Positions 54,001 through 63,000 of a stretch of DNA of 64,000 nt are shown here, piece by piece. Under the pieces are notes generated by a model. It worked only from the letters and a program-made list of their open reading frames with translations. It was not told where the DNA came from and did not search any database. Within the stretch, counting starts at the first letter, position 1; the number at the start of each line of letters is the position of its first letter. Origin of the DNA: Candidatus Omnitrophota bacterium (GTDB lineage: Bacteria; Omnitrophota; Gorgyraeia; Gygaellales; Profunditerraquicolaceae); the NCBI GenBank assembly GCA_041662125.1, contig JBAZTA010000002.1, positions 76,154 to 140,153 of the forward strand. The letters are read 5' to 3'. The position numbers and the translations under genes are program-made.

Positions 54001-57000
54001 GTCGAAATACCGCAGATCGCTTATACGCGTGATTGATAAAGAAATAAGCTTGAAAGATTTTCGCGCTCAGGAACGGCTTGATGGAATCGGCTCTGAAAGA
54101 AAATATATCGGGCCCATCGTAAATCAGTGGTTGGGCGTATCCGGAATGCTCTATAGCTTGCGCGATAATGTTGTTCCTGTATATGTAGATAAAATTGCTT
54201 CAGAGCGGGATGTATTGACTCCGGATGAGGCGCAATCGATCATTGTCAAAAAGATCCGGCAGCAGGCAGCTCAAAGAAAGCCAGCCATCATCAGGATAAC
54301 CAGCAGGCCCGGGGCAGATGAGGCGGAAATTATTGCCGACTTAAAGGATATTTTTTCCGGGGAGCGTGTGTTGTGGTATCAACCTCAGGAGAGGATTTTT
54401 ACGCGTCTTCAGGAAGAACTCCGCATCCCGGATGAGTTTAAATTTGAAGTCGCCGCGGTAGAGAGAGTAATAGCGCGGGCAAAAGATGATTTTGATATTA
54501 TTTTTATCCATCATCCTTATGCCTCAAGAGGCTACTATGGCTCGTTATACGATATGACTACGCCATTGCAGGCGGATATAAAGATTTTTCTGGAGTGCGA
54601 TGAGATCGAACGCCTTCAGCGTATTAAGGATTATCATCTTGAAATCGGGGAGATAGGTTTGTTAAATAAATTCTATCGCTATACGGTTGATCAGGACCGC
54701 CGGGATGCTGATTATGTAGTAGACACCTCACTCTATCCAATATCGTTAAGCGATATGTACACCTGTGAGAGACAATGGCAGATTGTTCATGAATTAAAGA
54801 GGGGAGATATTATCGAAAGGTTAGGCCGTGCGGAAATGTTCCAGCAGGATGATTTTGCTTTTATATTTGAGAATATTCGTCAGATTGCCGCTGAGTTTGG
54901 ATTGTTGCATGCATTTAATTCCGCGGTCAAAGATGAAGCGGCGATGCGTTTAAGCGAAGATGAAATAAAACAAGTCCGGTTGGGGTTAGCAAGAGAAGAA
55001 AAGCAAAGGTTCATGACGCAAAAGGAAAAGAAAATAATCGCCGAAGGAATTAAAAATTGGCTGGAAAAGTTAAATATTCATACCGTGCTCTTAGAATATG
55101 GCGTTATGGATTACTATTTTTCTCTGATCAGCACTCTTGGTGTCCGGGGCAAAGCTGTTACCTGTTATAGCGACGCCGATATTCGGCTTGTCGTTAAACT
55201 GCCCGTAACAGCGAAAGCTTGCCTGAAGGATAAAATTTCTGAGAAACTATTACATGATGACCCCGAAGCGCATTTCGCGGCATACCTTGCAGAGAGGCTC
55301 TATGGATTATCGCACCCGGGCAGCAGGTTCGGCTATTATGTTTACTTCCCTCTTAAACAAACAGGCCTTTTACATGCTTTGGCAATCACTGATTTGGAAA
55401 TTCATATTGTCCCGTTACAATTGCCTTTAGAAAGGAACCCGCAAGAAAAACAGTTAGAGCGTATTTTTGCATTGCTTTTTGGGTTGGAATACCACGGCCT
55501 GGAAATATTCGCTTCCGGTAAGAATACCTCCAGAGAAATGGTTGAAGAAATCCGCACCTGCCTGTCTGCGCAGGGCCTTGAAGAAAGGTTTATCGATTTT
55601 ATATTTACTGAAATCGATGTATTAAAAGAAAAATTTGTGAAGCATTCAAGATTATTAGAAATGTCTGGTTCGCCTGTTAGATCCCGATGTGAATTAAACG
55701 AAGCAAATATCCATTATGCCCGCGCTTTAGGCGCTCAAAGCGACAATGGCTTGAGCGTGCTTACCAAGGGCCAAGTCAATAGGAAACAACGCAGGTACTC
55801 AAACCTTTTTACCCGGGCGGCGTTAGACGATTATTATGCTGAACGCGAAGATGAAGATTTTGACTGGGATAAGATATTTGGTGAAGGTTTAGCCGCAACA
55901 GAGGATGCTTGCGCTGCTTCTCTTAAAAAGCTTTACGCGCGGTGGGAAGAGATCAGCGACCCTCCTGACCTGGATGATTGGGAAGAGTCGGATACTGATA
56001 AGATAGGCCTTCTGCGTGACCACATAAGAAAGAAAACAGGCAAAGAAGTTATCAGGTTAGATTTTAGCAGTTATCCGGATTTTTCTTACGATACTATGGA
56101 AGCGGTCAATCAGGCCATTCCCGCTGTTAAGCAGGGGCATGCTCTTGAGATCCTCTGTAACACAGTGAGCCAGTTTGATACTTTTGCTCAGTTAGTTGAT
56201 GCACAGTTCGCGCAGCAATTGAATTTTACTCCTACCGGCCAATCAAAGAATATGTCCTGCTACGGCGATGGGTTTAACTACGGGGAAATACATTTTGCTT
56301 TGCGAGACCTTTTACATAATGCCTTGGTGCATGGGAATCATTTTAAGCTTTCTTTGCCTGTTTTTTTCTTGTTCGATCTGCAGGAGCCGGAACTATCCGT
56401 ATTTGACCTGGCTTTAGGGGAAACTCCTGTTGATGTTAAACAAAGAGCAGAACGCGCGCAAATAAGCGGGCAAGGCAGGTTTATCGATTCTATCCTCGAT
56501 TTCTATAATTTTGGTTTTTACGGCTCTCTTATCAGGGATAGCCGTACAGAAAAAACCATCGGCAGACAGGTGTCGGTTTTAATGCGTAAAGATAAGCATT
56601 TAGACCCGGCGTTGCGTTCTGTGCAATTCGAATTACAGCAAGCTTCGCAGGGATTACAGGTATGGGTGATCAATGGTAAAGAGCGTCAAGAGTTAGTTGT
56701 CAATAACAGGGTTGTTGATGCCGGTGCCCAGACGGTTAAATTGATGCAATATTTGCTGGTAAGCCCTGCGTTTGATTCCCGGACGCAAGAAGGCCTGACA
56801 GGCAGGCAGCGGATCGACTGGTGGAGCTGGTTCTTTGAGAAATATTGCCGTGGTAACTCTGCCCCCTGGAAAATAGAACAAGTCCATAAAGATGCCTCTG
56901 ATGAACTGGTGAAGTTTTGCTTAACTGACCCGCAGACTATGATCCGCCTTTATTTGAGTTCTTGCACGATCGATTATGGTAAAGATTGTATCGAATGGGA

Positions 57001-60000
57001 GTATGTAATTAAGGACCGGATCTTTACGCGCACAAACCTTGAATATTACTTCCTGCTTTATACATTTATGGGGGACCTTTCTTATGCGCAAGCCACTTTC
57101 ATTACGTCCCGCGTTGAGGAGAATATTCAGGATAATGATGACGTGATCGCGTTATACAACCTTCAGGAACAAGGCAAGGCTGTTTTCTTGCGGCAGGATA
57201 AGTTGTTTAACTATTTTGCGTTTAAAACTCATGAAACCGTAGAGGTCAAGGAAATAGATCTGGGGGATAAAAGAGTCATTTTGGTCAAAGATCCCCAGGG
57301 AAGGCTTTATGGACAGTTGGGCATTGATGCCCATATCAAATTGGCCCTTCAGCAAAGCCGGGTTACCTGGGATGTTACGGAGGAAGAATCCCGGTTTTTG
57401 GCAGAGGCGATACAAGGCGTATACCCGCCAGCGGTGCTAGTACCTTTGGAATTAGGCGTTGGGAAAAATGATTATATCAGGTACATAAAGAAAGATATGG
57501 AGAGTTTTATCGAGCAAGGCAAGGGGACCTGGTGTTTCCCCGATCATCTTTTGGATATCGCGCAGCGGTTCGGCTTGTATCCATCTGACCTGATAAAAGA
57601 CGCCTTCGTGAATAAGAATTTAAGCGAGCACACGCAAATAAGATATTATACAAAACTCATCGAGAATATATTTAGAAAGCAATTCCCTATCTACAACAGT
57701 TGTTCTATTTTATATGATGAGTCTCTGGCAGGATTATTCAAACTCAAAAGCGCGGCTGATTTTGAGCAGTTAGCGAAAGATATGTGGGATAAAACCGATT
57801 GTATGCAGGTCTATTTGAACGCAGTGATGATGCCTCATGGAGCATCTTTTGAGATCGGCTCTTTGCATCAGTTCATGAGCCGGGTCATCCTTCCTGAGCT
57901 AAGCCGTATACGCCCGCAGGGTGAGCCGTTGCGCATGCTCTGTTTGGGCTGCGAAGAAGGTGCTGATGCGTATATGCTAGCCATGGAATTATTAGAAAGC
58001 GGATGGGATACAAAAGCGCGGCCTGTTGAGATCACGGGCGTTGGCATTAACCGTTTTGCGATTGAAATTGCGCAAGCCGGGCATTTTAGGCGAAATAATA
58101 TCGATAAGCTTTCCGAGGAAACAGTGAATAAGTATTTTGCTTTGGACGCAGAAACCGGATTGTATGTAATAAATAGCCGTTTGAAAGCAATGGTGAGTTT
58201 TCAAACGGCAAACTTCTTAGAAGCGCAAATCCGCAAACTCTTGGGGGGCTTTGATTTTATTCTGCTTAATCAAATGATCGATTGCTTTTCGCATGAGGCC
58301 CATATGCCAGTGGAGCGGGATATTTTAAGAGAAATGCTTTCCCCGGGAGGATTTTATACCACTCACTATTCGCCCTCGCGTGTTGTCCCGGAAGTTGAGG
58401 TTAGTATGTATCATTTAACAGATAATCCTTTCAGGGAAAGTGTTGTTCAGAAAATTTGTTCTGAGTCAAGAATTTATAACGAATATATAAAAAGTTCTTC
58501 TCCTTTGACGAGTGATTTAAAAGGCCTGACTATTCTTGTGACTGCCGGGCCAAATCAGGAGCGTATCCCTGGAAGGCCGGAGTATATTACAAATTTCTCG
58601 TCAGGCAAACAAGGATTTGCCATCGCTGCTGCCGCAAAGGCGCGAGGCGCGCGCGTTATCCTTATCGCTGGGCCTACGTATTTAGAAACTCCTGATAACG
58701 TTATAAGGGTCGATGTGGTCACTGCCCTGGAAATGAAAGAAGCGGTAGCAAAATACCTGCGCTTTGCCGATGTTTACATTTCAGCCGCGGCAGTCGCCGA
58801 TTACCGCCCGGTAAAGCTCGAGAAAGAAGGCAGGCGCGATTTTACCGTAACACTCCACAATAATCCCGATATTTTAAAATGGGTCGGCAGCCTTAAGAAA
58901 GAAAAAAGTGAGTTTTCATCTCTGGTGGTGGTTGGTTTTGCCGCAGAGACTGTGGAGCCGGGAGAAATGGTGGAAGAGGCGCGCCGTAAATTTATCGCCA
59001 AGAACATGGATTTTATTTGCGCCAATAGAGTTGGGCAGGAGGGAAGCGGATTTCGCAGTGAAAACAATAAAGTAGTAATAATCAGGGAGAATAAAGACGA
59101 TGATCATTGTTTGGAAGCGTCAAAATCCGATGTCGCCAATAAGATATTAGATGCAGTTTTAGATGTCCGTGAAAGGCGTTCGCTTGGATCTGTTATCAGG
59201 GCTGTGGAGTTGGAAGGAGAGCTTCAGGAACAAAGCCAAGCGCTGCGGTCTACCCAGCAGGCGCGGTATCCGCCGTTTGCGGGCATCGCGGGAAAAACGA
59301 TTTTGATTTCTGCCGGATCGACAGAAGAATCCATTGACGGGGTCAGGATCGTCAGCCGTGCGGTAAAGTTCGATTTACCGTACGCGATCGCTGCAATAGC
59401 TCGTATAAGTGGGGCTAAGGTGGTCCTGATAAGCGGACCAACTCATACGCCTCCTCCCGAAGGTGTCAGATTTATTCAAGTAGCTACTGCCCAAGAGATG
59501 GCAAGACAGATAAGAAAATACCTCAAGCAAGCGGATATTTTCATCAATTTAGCCCGCCCGCCTTTTATCAAACCACGGCAGCAGCAATCCCAAAAGATCA
59601 AGAAACAAGGCAAGGAACTGACACAATGGTATTTTACCTTAAACGATGGGATCTCTCGTTTAGGTGAACGAAGCAGGCATTTAAATAGGATTTTGGTTGA
59701 AGACGGATATGAGTCAGTTGATTTAAGCGAAGCGCTCTTTTTTATCAGGGCTGCGATAGCAAAAGTGCTATTTCTCGCCCAGCCTCTTTCTTTATGCGCC
59801 GCGGAAGCTCCGCAAAGGAGTTTTGAGGAATATCGGGCTATCGGAGTTTTTGTGGTGAACAGCCATGGCTTGAGAATAAACTTTTCGCCTATCGAACAGG
59901 CTTTGAGTAAAGTAAATGATTATCTTTGTGAAAAGGGCCGCTTGGCATTAGTCAGGAATGCGTTGCGTGCGCAGGGTATCCAGGCGGAAAAAATAGATGA

Positions 60001-63000
60001 GGTAGTAACGCTGGCTCAAGATTATCTTAAGAATAGAAAAATAGAACTGGAACAGCTCAAAGAGATCCAGTTTTCTTATGCCCTTTTAGATTGGTTTAAG
60101 GCTGCGCAAATCCTATCTCTTCGCAAAGGTGAGTTTGTTTCTCTGGCAGAGCGGGGGGATCTGGCGCTGGTTCTGCACCAGGTAAAGGTGCGCGTTATAG
60201 CTGCCTCATTACCGCGGCATCCGTGCGCATCATCCGCGCTTAAACAAAAGATAACTCCTGCGAAAGTATCTACGTTGTTTATTGTTGCTATCCTGCTTAC
60301 CGTAGTTAATGCCGTTGCAGTTGTCGTTGCCGCTCTCTTTGGAAGCGAGATGACCATTTATCTGGCATCATTGGTATCGAACATCATTATTGCTCCTTTT
60401 GCGGAAGAGATTTTATTCAGAAGAGTTATATTTAAAGGTTTATTGGTTGATCGGTATAAGGTCAGTACCGGGAAAAGCATTTTTATAAGCGCGGCTCTTT
60501 TCGCGGCGTATCATTTAATTATCCCGTTTTTTGCCGGAATCAGGTTTATACCTATTAAGCAATTTTTGTCCGGGGTCGTATATGCGTCTGTGTATGTTAG
60601 GACACGATCGTTACTGGCTATTATTATTCTTCATGCTGTCAGTAATATAGTTACCGAGACAGCTGTTTTGTTCGGATTTATCAATCAAATGCCTTTTTAT
60701 GCTACTGCCGTAATGTTGATCGCAAGCCTGATTTTATTCCCCCGTAGGCCTGTTAGAAAAGCTTTTTCGAGCGGTGATGAAAAAGAGAAACTCAAAGAAA
60801 AGAAAGGCAAAGTTCTTCAGGAGAAAAAAGGCGCCGCGGCAGAAGGCCGCAAAAAAGGTAAAAAGAATGCTGCTTCTCAGAAAAAATCCAGCTCAAGCGC
60901 GCTTGGGGAAACGAATAACGAAAATCTGACTTTTGAATGGGGCAAAGACCGAATAGGGCAGTATTATTGGGACGCAGGATGTATCTCTATTTATGCTACG
61001 GAACAATTATTTGTGCTTAAACTTTTTGAGAATCCTTTGACACTGCGTTTTACGTTATTGATCGATAAAGCCAAAAAAGAGACTTTGATCTTATACGGCC
61101 CGCAAATTCCATTATTCTTCTGGGAAAGAGATAGTGAGGAGCGCCAGCAGCGTTATCAGCATAGGGATGAACCGTCTCTGGCAGTTAAATTCTTTCCAAA
61201 ATACCGGGAATTGCAGATCAGGGTTAATGAAGAGGTTTTCCAAGATTTATTGAGTCAGAATTTCCCGCTTTCAGGAACCTTTCCGGTAACTATGGAGAAC
61301 GGACTGCATTGGAGATTTGTGGAACACTTTACCCCGCTATTTTCTGTCCCTCCCGGGCATAGTAATAGGATCCATATTACTGTTGCGGGTATTGTAAGGG
61401 TATATTTGGAACAAAATGCCGATACCCAAGCAATTAAAAATATCCCGGAAGTATTGCGGCAACAATATATGTATAATTTTAATAGCTTGATAGAGCTGCT
61501 TGGTTTGCTGGTGGGGTATCCTGTTAAATACCTCAAGCGATACTCGGGGCTTTCAGCTTGCGGCGCATTGCATGAGTCTGGCGATTCCTTTGTTGAAGTT
61601 CTCGAAGGTCTTTTTGACGATTTTTTAAGGATTATTCCGGTAACCTATGATGAACATAAGAAGCGGCTTGTTTACAATGTTGCCTATCCTTTAGAGGGGA
61701 ATATTCTTCTTACTAAAACTCAAATTACGGACAGTATGATGAATTATCCTGTACCTTACGGAAAAAAGGTCGCGGTTTTTGAGATGTCAGATGGCGATCA
61801 TTTAGCTTTTGCGGGAAACTTTGTCAGCTCCCTTCAGGAAGAAAATGAGGTTAGGATTTTTACCAGTGGACAGCTTCCTTTAGAGCAGGTGACAGGAGAT
61901 TATGAACCTGATGTTATTCTGGTTCCGTATTGCCCGGATGCCAGAAGGCTGGTACGTCAGTATTCCTCTGTTAGGCCGCGTGAGTTGATGGCGTTCTATT
62001 ATGCTTCCCTGGAATTACCTCTTGAGTTTAATCTCGTCTTTTCTTTTGGTGAAGAAACCGCAGGAAAAGTTGTGGAAGCTGTTGGCGCGCATAAGTCACA
62101 GCAGGAACGCAGAGATTACAAAAGTTTTACCCGGTTTATCATGCAATATACGGGCGCTTTAGCCGGTTACTACGGTTTCACGCAGAAAAAAGATGCTTAT
62201 GCTCACGCCTTTAGTGTTACTCGCATAGAAAAAGGAAAAGTTTTGCCGGTTGATCTTTCAAAACGGTATGCGCTGGCATTTGAAAAAGAAAAACCGCATG
62301 CTGGGTTTACTCCTGTTAGGATAAATAATAATACTTATGTAAGAGCTTCTCCTCCTCATCCTGATGATATAGAAATCGCCGTAGGGGGTTTGATGGCGCA
62401 GCTTGCTCAAAAAGGGATAGAGGTCACAAACTTGATCTTTAGCAGCGGTGAGCGCGGCGTAGTCTTGAGTGAGGCGCAGGAGAAAAAAGGTTTAACCGGT
62501 GCCGAGATCCGCCGTGAAGAATTATGTAATGCCACAAAAATCTTAGCTCCCGGCGGAATGGTGAAGAACATTCATTTGGATTATGACTATACCTACGCAC
62601 GAGATCCGGAGGGGACACAAGAACAGTTGTATGCACTGGAAAAGGAATTATTAAAACAGCGTTCTTCCGGTAGAAATATCCCAGAAGTGGTTTTATTTAT
62701 TCCTCATCCTCGTGACGATAATAAAACCCATAGAATATTTGCCCGGCTTTTAGAGCAGGTGTGGGGCCGGTTATCTCAAGAGCATACTATTACTGTTACG
62801 GTCATTTATTACTTGGCGCCATCAGCCGGGAAGTATAACACTTTTTTCCCGACGACATATAATGTTTTGCCGCAGAGCGCTGATAATGTTCAGATGTTGA
62901 AAAAGGTTAAGTCCGTTGAGCCGTTTAAGCGGGCAATTTCTATTATTATCCCCTCGCGGACAGGCCTTTCAGCCCAGCAAGGCCCGCACCAGATGGAATT

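Noticed and set aside
60761-60907. Lys-rich segment as a possible separate small basic protein or nuclear-localisation-like signal.
   Set aside because: It is in frame and contiguous with the CPBP module upstream and a further module downstream. It is more simply a flexible basic juxtamembrane linker.
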